Assembly: GCA_037447605.1 (NCBI GenBank)
Contig: CM074821.1
Span: 806,001-870,000, forward strand
From: Zygnema circumcarinatum SAG 698-1b
Taxonomy: Eukaryota; Plantae; Zygnematophyceae
Direction: 5' to 3'
Length of the DNA stretch: 64,000 bases
Numbering within the stretch: the stretch's first letter is position 1; the number at the start of each line of letters is the position of its first letter. Positions 41,553 to 54,121 of the stretch are shown here, piece after piece. The notes below the pieces were generated by a model. The model made no database searches. It was not told the origin of the DNA and worked only from the letters and a program-made list of their open reading frames with translations. Both the position numbers and the translations under genes were made by a program.

Positions 41553-43352
41553 GGCTACTGCATCTGAGCTTGGCACGAAATTAGGACGAACTGCACTGCA
41601 CTGCACTGCACTGCACGAGGCGGTTGCACAGCGGAGCGAGTACGAAGGGCCCACTGCAGCCGCCGTCCGGGTGCCATTACCCCGCAGGTGCGGTAGAGAG
41701 ACACCCCAACGCCCCAAAAGGGAATTGAGGACCGCTGCCCTGTGCTCAAAGCGTCTGTGTAACGGTCGGCAGCGGTGACTGCGGAGACGTTCGAACCCGG
41801 GACGTCTTCTTTGCGAGCTCCATGTGAAGGGTTTACATGCGAATCCTGTTCGACTGCGTAGCTGTAACTAAGCTAGTTAATTCGGACGGTTCCCTGTTGC
41901 TCACAATCCTTTACTGTGATCTATGCTACTCCAGTAATTTACAACAATAAACTACGCTGTCAGCGAACTAGCAAGCCTAAGACGGTAAGGTCGGTCGCGA
42001 GTTCATCCGTACAGTTACGGGAAGGACGGAGGGGGGCCGTTACATGCTTCGTCCCCGTCGCATCACGAACTGTACGGACCAGCCTGCGTTGACACCGACC
42101 TACTGAAAATGATGAGGTCTCCGGCGCCCTGGACAGCCGTACCGCCATGTGGGTCGCGCCCTGATTGGTCGGACTGGCCGCGCGCAATCATTGCTAAAAT
42201 AGGGGGAGCGGCCCGGAAAGTCACAGTATGGCGGCCACAGTCGTATCGTATCGTCTTGTATCGTCGTATCTTGTACAATATCGTATAATCGTAGGCGTTA
42301 TCGTTGCCTATGTGGACCGGCATGACAAAAAAAAGTGCCACAACACGGACTAAAAAAGAGAATGAAAAAAAACTTTCCACAAAATCGACGGCCACAAGTG
42401 AAAGGTGCAATAGATTGGTGTACTCACAGCCGTCCGATTCCGACTCCAGGAAAACGTTTCCGGGCAGTCTCCGAAAAGAATCCAGTCAGCTAGATATTTT
42501 GCCACGTGGATATTTTGCCACGTCATTCGGACCAATCTTGACCGTCCAATCAGCGCGCACGAGGGCATCCCGCCGTCCGTACAGCCGCGTCCTTCCTGAA
42601 CCGTCGCCTAAGGACGATCCCGTCCGCGCTGGATAGCTTTGTCTTTATCGCACTGTCCGCCCTAAAGATCGCCCTTGACTCAGCCGCCATCATTGATTGA
42701 ATAGCCTGCCCCAGATCCATCCAGATTATATTTTGTCCTTACTGTCACACGACAATTCAAACCATCGCGCCGTACATCCCGGCTCCGTAACACTCCAAGT
42801 GGCGACAATGCCGACATCGCGGAGACGGCCGGGCGGCGCCACGACGCCCCACGTGTTCCGGCATTCCCGGGCGGGCGGCGCATTGGGCGAGCCGTACAGC
42901 TGTACGGTTCGATGTCGGTCGGTCCCACGGAGCGGTCGCGCGCGCATGGTGGCGAGGGGCCGAGGGCGCGCGGCCGGACAGTGTACGAATACTGTACGGT
43001 TCGTACAATTTGTACCCTGCAGGAGGGCGGGCGGCGGACCGTACAGGGGGGGGCGGAGGCGCGCGTGCAGCAGAGGGATCCGCGGGAGGGAGGGTGGGGG
43101 GAGGGGGGAGGGGGGAGGGTGNNNNNNNNNNGGGGGGGGGGCTGGCATATAGAGGGAGTCTGGATAGTGAGTAGAGCAAAGGTTGAGAGAGCGGAGGGAG
43201 AGGGGGAAGGGGAAGGAGAAGGAGAAGGTAACGGATGTAGAGAATTTCAGATGATTTAGGACACTACGACATCCCGTCGCGTAGAGCGGAGGCGACAGGG
43301 GTGCTCTCTCTCACACACAATGTGTGCCTACTCCAGACCCAAAGGGGGTCCG

Positions 43353-45374
43353 ATGGCTGCTCCCCCTCAGACCATAGCGCTGTTAGAAACGCTCGGGAGA
43401 GGGATATCCGGCGAGGTGCGGCGGTGCGTCCTCCCCGCGAGCGGGGAGGAAGCCGCCTGCAAGATCATCCTGAAGAATCGCCTGCAGAACCCCGCCGCCA
43501 TGGCCGCCCTCCGCACGGAGGTGGCGGCGCTAAGGGAGCTCCAGGCGCACCCCAACGTTGTGCACCTCTACGACGTCGCGGAAGACGCCAAGGTTGCAAA
43601 CAAACCCTGAAAACAAATCACCCTAAAAAATAAACTATCCCTCCTTCTCTCCTGAAAAACAAACCAATTCACATCCGACCCACCTTCAAATCCCCCCAAA
43701 TATTCCAACTTTTTCCGCTGTCTGTATCTATCTGACCCTCTCACCCATTGAATTGACCCACCCCCACTCCTCTTCGTTCCCCTCCCCCTCACCCTCCCCC
43801 TCCCCTCCCCCTCCCCCCCACCCTCCTCCTCCTCCTCCTACCCCTCCGTCTCCTCCTTCTCCCCCTCCCGCTCCTCCTCCCTCTCTCCCCCTCGCCCTCC
43901 CNNNNNNNNNNCTCCCCCACCTCCTCCTCCCCCACCTCGTCCTCCCCTCCTCCTCCTCCCCTCCCCCCTCATCCTCCTCCCCCTCCCTGTGCAGAGCGTG
44001 CAGGTGGTGATGGAGCTGTGCCGCGGCGGGGACCTCCTCGAGCGCGTGCGCGCTCGCGGGCCGTACGGAGAGGGCCCCGCGGCGCGCGTGTGTGCGGCGC
44101 TAGCGGACGCGCTCGCGGCCGCGCACGCGCAGGGGATCGCGCACCGCGACCTCAAGCCCGAGAACGTGCTCCTGCGCCCGCGCGCGCCCGCGGACGGGAA
44201 CCCTAAAAGGGAGGAGGAGGGGGAGGGGGAGGGGGAGGAGGTGCGCCTAGCGGACTTCGGGCACGCGGCCTTCGTGCGGCCGGGTGAGGGGGAGGGAGAG
44301 AGGGAGGGAGGGAGGGAGGGAGGGACCTGGGGGCGGATCAGATACGGGCGGGTCGGATACGGAGAATCTGAGGATAGCTTGTTGGTCTTCTGTGACTAGT
44401 TGACATTGGTCCTACACATTGCTTTTTTCCATGTACATTTCATGCTTGCCTCCCTACAACGAGACCAATGCCATTCCTTGTTGCCATTTTTTGTTGTTGT
44501 TGTTGTTGTTGTTCCATGTCATTGTTGCTCAATACGAACAATGTCTGTTTGTGCGCAGGCGAAAGGCTGACGGAGATCGTGGGCAGCACGTTCTACATCG
44601 CCCCGGAGGTCCTTTTGGGCAGCTACGGCTGCGATTGCGACACGTGGAGCCTGGGCGTGATCCTGTACATCCTTTTGAGCGGGCAGGACCCCTTCAGCGG
44701 CGGCTCCCTGCAGTGCACCTTCGAACGGATTTTGGGCGGAATCTACGACACGGAGACGGGGCCCTGGGAAGGGGTCTCCGCCGGGGCCGTCGATCTCGTG
44801 CGGAGGCTCCTCACCGTCGATCCCGAGCGGCGAATCAACGTCCGAGATGTCAAGAGTGAGTTTCTCGCGGGGTTTAGGGCATCATTTCGCTTTGGGTTCA
44901 GGGAGGGCTTCAAGATTTTCAAGAACTCAATTTTTTTGGGATTCAGGGTGGAGGGTTTTGCAAGGCCTTGCATGTGCTTGCATGTGCCGGCGGTAACGGT
45001 CGATTTTTTTGCGTTTTTGCGCTGCAGCCCACCCATGGATCGCAAAGCACTGCGGAACGCCGCAGCTGCCGAGGAGGCAGGCCCTTCCTCGCCGCCGGCG
45101 TTCCATGGACGACTATTCACACAGAGAACCAGCCACTCGTCGAGCGCTCACAGTTCCGTATTCTAACTGTACTGACATGGACATGGAGACGAGGCGACCG
45201 ATCAGCCCAACGACAGTTCTCCATGCGCAGCCTGCTCTGTCTCCTCCCTTCCCTGAATATCCGACCTGCATGCAAGTGCAAACCCGGCGGCATCATCCCG
45301 CCCCTCCCTCTGAACCCTGTCCCCCGCACCCTTCCCCGAGGACGAGGATCAACAAATACTTCTCCTGCGCTTGA
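43353..45374 (+). CDS. Ser/Thr kinase of the CDPK/SnRK superfamily lacking EF-hands (PEPC-kinase-related, PEPKR-like), 4 exons
   Basis: LGRGISGEV...AACK...HPNVVHL / VVMELCRGGDLL...HRDLKPENVLL...LADFG / IVGSTFYIAPEVL...DTWSLGVILYILLSG...WEGVSAGAVDLVRRLL / HPW followed by a disordered tail. All catalytic motifs are intact. The true start could be upstream, near the gap at 43122. Confidence 0.85.
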
Positions 45375-46229
45375 ACATTAGAACGCGGGGCCCATTCATT
45401 TGTGATCAAAGTATCACACTTTATTTTTTTTCACATTCGTTTTCATTCATGGCAGGCTTCCGTCCATTTTGAACGGACTGGCTTTCGCAGAATGCCCCGA
45501 ACGCCTCTCGGTTCAACATGCGCGCGGCCAACACGGAACGGCTATTCGATTTTTGAAACTGCAAAAACTGCGTTGGTGACTGTCTCCATTCATTTCCCGC
45601 TGAGCCCGGAACCTCGCAAAACCTTCACTTTTGCTGAGTGATTTGACGCGGAATAGTTTCTGTCATATGAGAGAGCAACCCTTGTAACTATATTTTTGTA
45701 GTATTTTGTTAAAGAGGGTTAATTTCATTGTTTTTAGGACTACTCAAGTTAGCTATTGTTTGCCACCATAGCTTTTGTTTTTGTATGAGAGAAAATGGCG
45801 ATTCACAGCCGTATTACATCTTAAATTTTCACTTTACATTGTTTTTCAATCGACGTTCTCTAGGATAGTCAGATTATAAGGGTTTGAAGGTTTCTAGAAA
45901 TAGCACATTGTAAGAAGAAAGCATCGGAACTGGATGCTAATCATTTTGCTGATTCAAACAACACGTTTCAGTTTCTGTTTCGTCCCTGTTTACTACCTAT
46001 GACAACAAAACAACAATGCTCGCCGAGAGCTTTTCAAAACCCCAATTCATCCTTTCGTACCCAATTTATTAACTTTCATAACTTTGCCAACAACGACATT
46101 CAGTCTGCTATATTTTCGTTTCCGTCCCTTGGTAACTTCCAGCCAGGACTTTCTATGTGATTGAACTGAAACTATTCCGTTTTTTTAAACAAACAAAAAA
46201 CTACATGGAACTGTACATGGAGCCGCCAA

Positions 46230-48129
46230 CTAGTCATTCCAATCCTTCAACTTTTTGCTGCCTTTGGGCTTTGCGATTGGTCGGTTCATTCCGGCCATCT
46301 TTGCGTTGTACTTAGCCCTCATATCATCGTTGTACGTCCACCTGCGAGGCAAGAGATGGAATCAGCAAAATTACCATCTCCCGGAACAAGCAGAAGATTC
46401 GGCAAGGGACGTTGCTAAGTGATGACATCAAACAAACAGTTTCCGTCAATTTTCTTCCATCGGTAAAAGGATCGGCAACTGAAGAGATTACTAAAAAACA
46501 TCCAGACAGACAGAGACAGTAAAACAGACAGACAAACAGACAGTAAAACTGGCGAAAAGTGGTACAACTACATGAGTTTCACTGCTGAGCGTAGATTTCA
46601 TTCCCAGTCATTCAATTCTTAAGATTTCCAAGTTCTACAGAGTTCCACGGCTCCAAGGTAAGTTCAAGCTTTAAGGAGTTTCCACTATTTTAAAGCTCAA
46701 TATTTTGCAGCGTTTAGGGTTCCCGGGTTCAGTCAAGATGTCAAAATCGACGGCGGCAAACTCAAAATATCTACACAACTTCCAGTTCACAGATAACAGA
46801 CCGCCGCAGACAAAGGGTGTGCATTCGGAACATGTCGAAGGTTTTATTGTTTTCAACCTGAAAGCATTGGGCCCTTTCCATGTTCAACAACATAAAAAGG
46901 AAAGGAGGGTAGAACGAGAGCACTCACGGGTTATCCCACTGCGTTGTGTCTTCGTTCACAAGATGAGTCCACTTAGTGCGTCCGGAGCGACCAAAATGTT
47001 TCACTTGCATCACTTTAGGAAGGTTTGTTTTATCCATTTTATCCTCCCCAGTAGGCGCCGAAAAATCTCGGTGATAAATCTCTCCACCGCCCGCAGTGCC
47101 TGCCGTATCATCCGGCTGGTCCTGGAAGAAAGCTCCCTTATGGAAATACTTCTGCATAAACTTCCACTTCTTCTTGGGAGCTACGCTCATTTGCTTAGGG
47201 TTCTTCCTCTCCCACTCTCTCCTCTCCTCCTCCGTCATGTTCCGCAGCTTCTCAAGCTCCTCCTTCTCCTTTACTGCCGTTTCCCTGTCCTCCTTATCCC
47301 TTCTAATTCTGGCTATCTCTCGTGCTTTCCATGTCTCATACTCCTCCGCTTCGTTCGCTTCGTCGTCAGTATCTACCTCCCCTCCGTCTCCCTCCTCCGC
47401 TCTCGCTTTCTCTATCTCCTCCTCCTTCCTAATCTCCTCTACTAAAATTTGCTTTGTCTCCGCCTTCCTCTCCTCCAGCTTCTGTTGTAGCATTCTCTCT
47501 CGCACCTGCTCCTCCTCCTCCAATTTCTTCCTCTCTGCCTCTATGTCACGCTCCGCCTTGGGAACAAACATGGGCCGCAGCATGGCAACTCCTCCCTCCT
47601 CATCCTCCTCGTCCGTCTCATACTCCGACTCCTCCTCCTCGTCCTCCTCCTCCTCTCCCTCCTCCTCTCCCACCCCCTCCTCCTCCTCCACCTCCCGCTG
47701 CCGCTGCAGCAGCTTCTCTCTGATCCTTCTCCTCCTCTCCTCGATCGCCTCGTCATCCTCCTCCCTCCTCTCCTCCTCCTCCCTCCTCCCCTCCTCCTCC
47801 CTCGCCTCCTCCTTCGTCGACACTATCTCCGCTGCCCTTATCTGTCTGTGCCGCGCTATCGCCTCCTCCCTGTCCCTCCTGCTCTCTGCCAACCGTTTCA
47901 GTCGAGCGTCGTCCCGTGGAACTATGCGTTCCATGCGCAGCTCTCCCTGCCCCCCGCCATGGCCTCCGCCCGCCTCCTCCCCCGCCGCCTCCTCCCTCTC
48001 CCGCGCTTCCTCCGCCCATTCCGGCGCCTTGCCCGGCCAGTAGCGCTTCACCTTCGTCTGTCCGATCTTCCCGCGCAGCTTGTCGCGCACGGTTATGGCG
48101 GCATCGCTCACTCCCGCGGCGACGGACAT
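46230..48129 (-). CDS. MFAP1: Microfibrillar-associated protein 1 (MFAP1; spliceosome B-complex factor), 2 exons
   Basis: [39 protein letters not shown]...[16 protein letters not shown]...[36 protein letters not shown] / [18 protein letters not shown]...KKLKDWND*. Exons are 48129-46928 and 46341-46230. Confidence 0.94.
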
Positions 48130-49475
48130 GGCGGCAGGGAGAGGGAGAGGGAGAGGGCGAGGGAGGGAGAGACGAAGAGGGAGAGAGGTAGAGGGAGGAG
48201 GAGACGGAGAGGGAGAGGGAGGAAGTAGTAGAGGCCAAGGGCACAAAATTAGGGTTGGGAATGGAGAAGGAACAAAGTCTGAAGGCGGAAAGTGGGCATG
48301 CTTGCGTCCACCCGATCCTGCCAGTACTGGATCAATGCCTACGTGGCAGTAGAATCAGATCAACTGTAGTTGATCACAGCTCGTCCAGATCTCCCCATCA
48401 AACACAAACGAATCTCCACTCATCCACGTCAGCAATCGGATCACGTATTTGTCGTCTTTTCAAGAATCCTCTAAAAAGACAAAAGCGCAGATGCGAAGAA
48501 TCTGAATTCGTACGGCAGGAGTCTCCTGGTAACCGCGAGTCCCCGAAAGTCCCCTACCGTCCTTGGACCGCCCGTCCGTCCGTCCGTCGTCCTTGTACAG
48601 GAAAGATCAGAGGGCAATGCCAATGGTTGGCAGCATGCGATGTGAATGGTGTTGTGGCACTGTAGTGGGGTCGGCGCTGGCGTCACTTTTCAAGTTCGAT
48701 GGATGCGATTCATTGTGAGTTGTTTAACAACAGAACGAGACACAGGCGATTGCTGTCCTGTGGGGCGTGTGATTGGCCCATGCCAGAAAGAAGCGGTTTC
48801 ATTCATGCCCAGCGGTTGTTGTTGTCAAGGCGGTCATGATGCATTGGACGACTCCCAGTGAGCTTCACAAGAGTCCTTCCCTAAGCTCTCAAGGATGCAT
48901 GTGAGCAAACAATCCATCCAGAATCACATAGTCCGAGTTCAAGCCGGTTAGGATCGGCGGCTTAGCTAGCCCCTCCTCAGTTGCAGGTACTTACCCGGCT
49001 CGGAACATTCCACAGTAAATCTCCATGGTCATATGATCATGAGTCCTCAAGATGAAAAATGGCATTGAATCACATGCATGCATGCATGTATCATGTGCAT
49101 AAAGGTGGCATAGGACCACAATGTCACTGCTTGAGCACACAACATAAGAAGCCGACCCAACATGGTTACGATATCTCCCATGATTAAATTGTACGTCCTC
49201 AGTTCCTTAGTATACAGACTGTACAGGAGCTCCTAACCAACAGCCCCCCCCCTCCCTCTCTCAAACGCAGCAAAACAACCCCCTTTCCAGCACTTAATCA
49301 ATCTCCTCTCAGACACAGAACATGCTTTATTTACAACAGAAGTCGCCGACCTGCCAGGCCTCCTCCCTCTGCCCCCCCTCCAGCTGCCCAAAAAAATACA
49401 GCTACCAGATGGGAAAAAATCGCCGGAGCCTCCTTCCGCCGTACACTCCATCACTACTGCACCGCAACAGCTGCT

Positions 49476-51416
49476 TTAAGACGAAGCAGCCAAAGGCTTA
49501 CCCCCTCCCACCGCCACCTCCATAGGGCCCTCTTTACGCACCCCCTTCCTGGAAGTTTCCAAAGGACCTGCAAGCTTGAGAAAGTCCGGCACTACTATTC
49601 TCTCTGCATCCACTCCCGATCTCAGAGCCTGCCTCCCTGCCTCCAAAAACTGCCTCGTTGCCTCTTCAACGAAGTTGCTCGCCTGCTTCACATTCATCTT
49701 CTGCGGCATCTGCCGGAGCAGATCGCTGTTCAGGGAGTCATCTCCTCTCTGCAGAGTCGCAGCCAACTGCACGAGCTCTGCCTGCCACTCACTCAGAGCT
49801 GCTTCTTCATTCGGAGGGCTATGGCGAAGGGACCATGGAGGCGAAGGAAGCTCATCTGAAAAATCGAAGAATAGAGTAAGAGAGCGGAGGAGAGAGATAC
49901 AGACTGTCAGGTCTGCACATGTCAACGGTTCTGCAATGAACATTTCATAGATTTGACATGTCATGAGTATGGACTCTGCTTACAAGGGCAGTCAGTGCGG
50001 GGGGAATCCCTCTCCATGAGAACATGCTCGAAGGTGCCGGCCCACTCATCGCGCTTTGTGAGGAAGTCAGACTTCAGATTAAATATCTTCTTCACTGTGG
50101 CTGGGACAGAGGAGTGCTCGTACGCGGACTGAGGTGTGGGACCCACAGCTTCGTGCACAACTGCAGAAAAAAAGGAACGGAAGGGAGAAAATTAGCCATC
50201 AGAGAACCGGCAACTTTGATCGATCTCGCTTAGAAATAAGTTGGGGATCAATCAATTAATATCTATTCCCCTCACCTGTTCCTTTGTTGATCCATGGCGA
50301 GATCATGATTGTCGGAACGCGTACTCCCAGCCGGTCAAACTCGAACAGCCATGGCTCCGGCCCTACAATGCCGTCGGGGCTCGGAACTCCGCGGACAGGT
50401 GTAGGAACGTGGTCGTAAAACCCGCCATGTTCATCATAGGTGATAATGAGCAGAGTTTCATTCCACTGAGGTGACATTCGAAGCGTCTCATACACCTCCT
50501 TCAACAGCTTCTGCCCCTCTGCAACATCGTGGCTCGGATGATCGTCGTTCGCCGGACTAACCTTCAAATCAAAGTACTTCGGTTCGAGAAAGGAATAATT
50601 CGGCAGCTTCCCCGCCCTTGCGTGCCGTCTGAACATATCCCACGAATGGAATTTGTCCGCAAATTTCACCTTCCGTAGTGACGACAGAAACAGAACCGAC
50701 GGCAGACTCTGGTGATAGACCCCCACACTGAACCCCTCGTCGTGCAGAGAATCGAAAATAGTTTTCTGCGGGAAGCCGCGAAGCAGGTCCGGAATGTGGT
50801 TCCCGGTAGCTCCATGCGATGTGGCGGAGTGCACATACATCCTGTTCGGCTGCGTGCTGGCGGGCATAGATGCATGCCACTTGTCAAACAAAGCAAACTC
50901 CATCGCCATAGCCGTATGCACCGGCACCACCTCCGGCCTGAACCCACTCATCACCCTCTCTGCAAACCCTTCCTCCGGCCTCATCCCCTCCGCCTGCTGC
51001 GCAAAGCCGTTCATGGGCGGAACTTCCTGCGCGAGAAGCTCCGGCGTTGCGCCGCCGAATACCTGCTCTCTGATGGCTTGGAAGGAGTGCCCGGGATCGG
51101 GGTCGACAAACTCCGCCGTGTCGGAGACGAAGAGAGGGCGCGCAGAGGGGTCGGAAGCGTTCAGGAGGTTGAACTCGGCGCCGGTGAGGCCGTCCACGTC
51201 CGGACGGAGGCGGCGGAGCCAACCGACCATGTGGTCGAAGGAGCGGTTCTCCATCATGAGGAGGACGACGGTCCGGATGCGCCCATGGAGGTCGGGATTG
51301 AGGGTTGGATCGAGGGAGGAGGTGGGACTGCAGAGGGAGAGGGGAAGGGAGGAGACGAGAAGGAGGAGGAGGGAGAGGGAGAGGGAGAGGCGCGAGAGGG
51401 AGAGAGAGGCAGCCAT
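49476..51416 (-). CDS. NPC: Non-specific phospholipase C (phosphoesterase family), signal peptide, 3 exons
   Basis: A signal peptide precedes [20 protein letters not shown]...[17 protein letters not shown]...[16 protein letters not shown]...[13 protein letters not shown]...[14 protein letters not shown]...[16 protein letters not shown] / [14 protein letters not shown] / a C-terminal NPC domain. Confidence 0.95.
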
Positions 51417-52307
51417 GGCCCTGGCGGTTTTCGAGCTTCGGACGCAAGGCATGGCAGAAGAAAGCCGGTAAGCTCCTTCCAAGTGGTAACGCGGAACCCT
51501 AAATTTGCCCTAACTGCTCACTATTATGGGTTATGGGCGCACAATGGGAAGCGAATGCCAATCGAAGGGTGTCACGTGGACGTGAATACTACGTGGCGTT
51601 CCCTGATTGGCCGTCATGGTAGATGGCTACTGTCAACGGATACCCATGGCCATGCCATGGAGGGCTTACGTGGAGGCATATGCTGCCACGTGTTACAACG
51701 GTGAGGCGCCACGTAAGAAACCGGGCGGGGCGAGCGCCGGTTCGTTTTTTTTTTTTTCCATTTTTGTTGGCGGGCAGACGCTTCCCAGGTTCGGGCAGGA
51801 AAAGAAGGGGTTGAGGACCACGTGGCGGCAGCAGAGGCGACTTTTTGAGATAAAAAAGATTTTTATTTGCCACGTGGACAGTCGAGGAAAGATTCGCACA
51901 TTGGGGCAGCGAATGTTCCCTGAAGCTGAATATGCCGCCAGGGGGGGCGGCGGGCGCGGGGAAGGGCGAGGTGTGCGCCGTCGGATCAACACAAAACGAA
52001 TCTGAACCGCAAGATGTGCCAGCTAGTTTGCTTAGTGAGGCTCTAGCCATTTGGAGGCTGCCACGTAGTAAACCGATCTTGACAGGATCCCCAGATGACC
52101 GCGTGGCGGAACAAGGTCCAGTCAGGGGAGGGCTTGTTCGTACAGTACGGGTATGAGCAGGTCAGACTTTACAAAATTAGACGGAAGATTATTTTTCAAT
52201 AATACTGACTGAATACTTTTTAGAAGTACTCCTTTTTAAAGTTATTGCAAATTCATCAAAGTACTCGTTTTTGTTAATCAATGACGGAGGTCATTTCTTC
52301 AGTATTA

Positions 52308-52464
52308 GGGGGTGTCAGACTTAACAAAATCTTACGAAAAGTGTTACGAAAAAAAAGGTTACGAAAGTACTCCGCCGCAGCAGGATCGTGATTATACTGG
52401 AGTACTCGTTCTGATGTCAAACTTACGAACACGCGTACTGAAATTTTTTAAGTCTGACACCCCC
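52308..52464. mobile_element. 157-bp MITE with perfect 17-bp TIRs
   Basis: GGGGGTGTCAGACTTAA ... TTAAGTCTGACACCCCC, flanked on both sides by TATTA (52303-52307 and 52465-52469). Confidence 0.75.
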
Positions 52465-52469
52465 TATTA

Positions 52470-52625
52470 GGGGTTGTCAGACTTAGCAAGAGGTTCCGAA
52501 AAACATTACGAAAAAGAAAGTTCCAAAAGTACTCCGCTGCGGGCGGATCCCTATATCATCGGGGTACTCATTTTGGCGTGAAACTTACGAACGGACATAC
52601 TGACGATTCTTAAGTCTAACAACCC
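52470..52625. mobile_element. Second, diverged tandem copy of the same MITE
   Basis: GGGTTGTCAGACTTA ... TAAGTCTAACAACCC, with internal similarity to copy 1 (TTACGAAAA..AAAGTACTCCGC, GTACTC...AAACTTACGAAC). A more degenerate third unit begins at about 52163. Confidence 0.68.
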
Positions 52626-52905
52626 CAAATCCCGTTCCAATTTTTTGGAACAAGCGAAAACATGAACGAGAAATAGGGGTAGGGAAACGAGAAAAGTTCA
52701 TGTTCAAACTTGCGAGACTTTACCTTTCTTGTTGCGCCAAGCGGGAACTACATCACTCCCAAAATCCGTTCAACCGCGTCCCGTGCCAATTTCCACATGT
52801 AGACAGACCGTCCGTGGCCCGTTGAGCCGCACATAGAACGCGGAGGACGACCCCCGCCAGGCCGCGTCACGACAACGCTTCCCACGGCCACGGCTTCACA
52901 GGCCA

Positions 52906-53115
52906 CCACGTGGCAGCCCTGCCGCCCCGCCGCGCCACGTCACATTACCCCAGGAGGCGTCGAGCGCTGTCCGCTCGCCACGTCGCGACGCTGCACCAGC
53001 ACTCGCCACGTTCTCCAATCCCGCTCGTCCGTTTCACCACGTGGACCTCCACCTCTGCAGCTTTGTCGGCGGCCGTCCTGAGCCCTTGCGGGCCCTCGCG
53101 CCGGCGGGTATAAGA
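52906..53115 (+). promoter_or_regulatory. ABRE/G-box cluster plus TATA box
   Basis: CCACGTGG 52906, GCCACGTC 52934, GCCACGTC 52977, GCCACGTT 53005, CCACGTGG 53037 and TATAAGA 53109-53115. Confidence 0.62.
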
Positions 53116-53423
53116 GGGCTTCGGCGGCGGTTGAGCAGAGAAGGAGAAGGAGCTTGCGTCATTGTAGCTGGAGAAGAAACTGAAGGAGCGTAGGACTGAA
53201 AGGGGCTTCTTCACTTACACCACCGCTTCTACGTGCAAGGTAAGGCAAGCATGCCTCGGCCATGACGGCCAGGGGGGCGACGGCACGCGGGTCGGATGCG
53301 GATGCATGCATGCAGAAGGAGGGGAGGTGATTGCAGCTATGCAGATTAGGGTTCAGTTTTTTTACTTCTCCTCTCACTATTTCGTTCCCTGCAGACCCTT
53401 CCTTCGCCGCCGCCTCCTCGACA

Positions 53424-53633
53424 ATGGGAAACGCTATGGGAAATCGGCGCTTCGCCACCGCCCACACGGGCACCGGCGCAGGAGTTCATGTGAACACGGG
53501 CCCCACTGCGGGCGGCTTCACGACGGCCACGCCCGCCACGGGGCTGCACAGGCGGCCCGTCGCTCCCTTGAGAAGGCGCCCATGGTACTCGCGGTTCATG
53601 AGATGCTGCAGGCGACCTGCCGCTGTGTACTAA
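53424..53633 (+). CDS. Candidate 69-aa microprotein of unknown family
   Basis: TATA at 53109, a GT-AG 5'-UTR intron (53240-53394: AAG|GTAAGG...CCCTGCAG) and a strong ACAATGG start. The ORF reads MGNAMGNRRFATAHTG...LRRRPWYSRFMRCCRRPAAVY*. Confidence 0.55.
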   Translation: MGNAMGNRRFATAHTGTGAGVHVNTGPTAGGFTTATPATGLHRRPVAPLRRRPWYSRFMRCCRRPAAVY

Positions 53634-54121
53634 GTAGAGGGAGGGGGACGTAAAAGGCTGTAAAGGGATGTACAGAGAATGGCAGCAGCATGATAATGAT
53701 GCGAAGCTTTTCGAAATACGGTATTATCGAATTGAAAGCTATGTTGGTTTTCTAAAAGGGAGAAAGGGAAGGTGGAGTTTTTTTAGGGAGGAAAAGAGGT
53801 TCGAGTTGAAGAGATAGGGTTTTTGAGATTGAGACGTGGAGGAGGAGAGAGAAGGGAGACGGGTTGGTGCTTGGATGATTGTAATTGGTTTGTTTTTCTT
53901 GTATTACATGTACAGTAAGCATTACTTCAAATTTTTGTATGGTTCGCGTTACAATGATGTACATATGTCCTTGAAAGCTTTTCAGTTATTACCGAAAGGG
54001 AATAATCAGATCCGCCCTACCTTTCATGCTCTCGCTGAACCCTTTGAATATCACGGACCTAAAACCCTTTCACAATCTCTAAGTCATGAAGTTTTTGGAC
54101 CCACATGGGGTCAGCCACCCA

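Noticed and set aside
41780-41880. GGTTCGAAC B-box-like motif on the minus strand suggesting a tRNA or SINE
   Set aside because: No cloverleaf could be folded, the A-box is poor and distant, and there is no poly-A tail or TSD.
47096-48043. 315-aa Ser-rich ORF on the + strand
   Set aside because: It is the antisense shadow of the Glu-rich MFAP1 exon.
50712-51704. 330-aa and 225-aa + strand ORFs
   Set aside because: These are antisense shadows of the GC-rich NPC exon 1.
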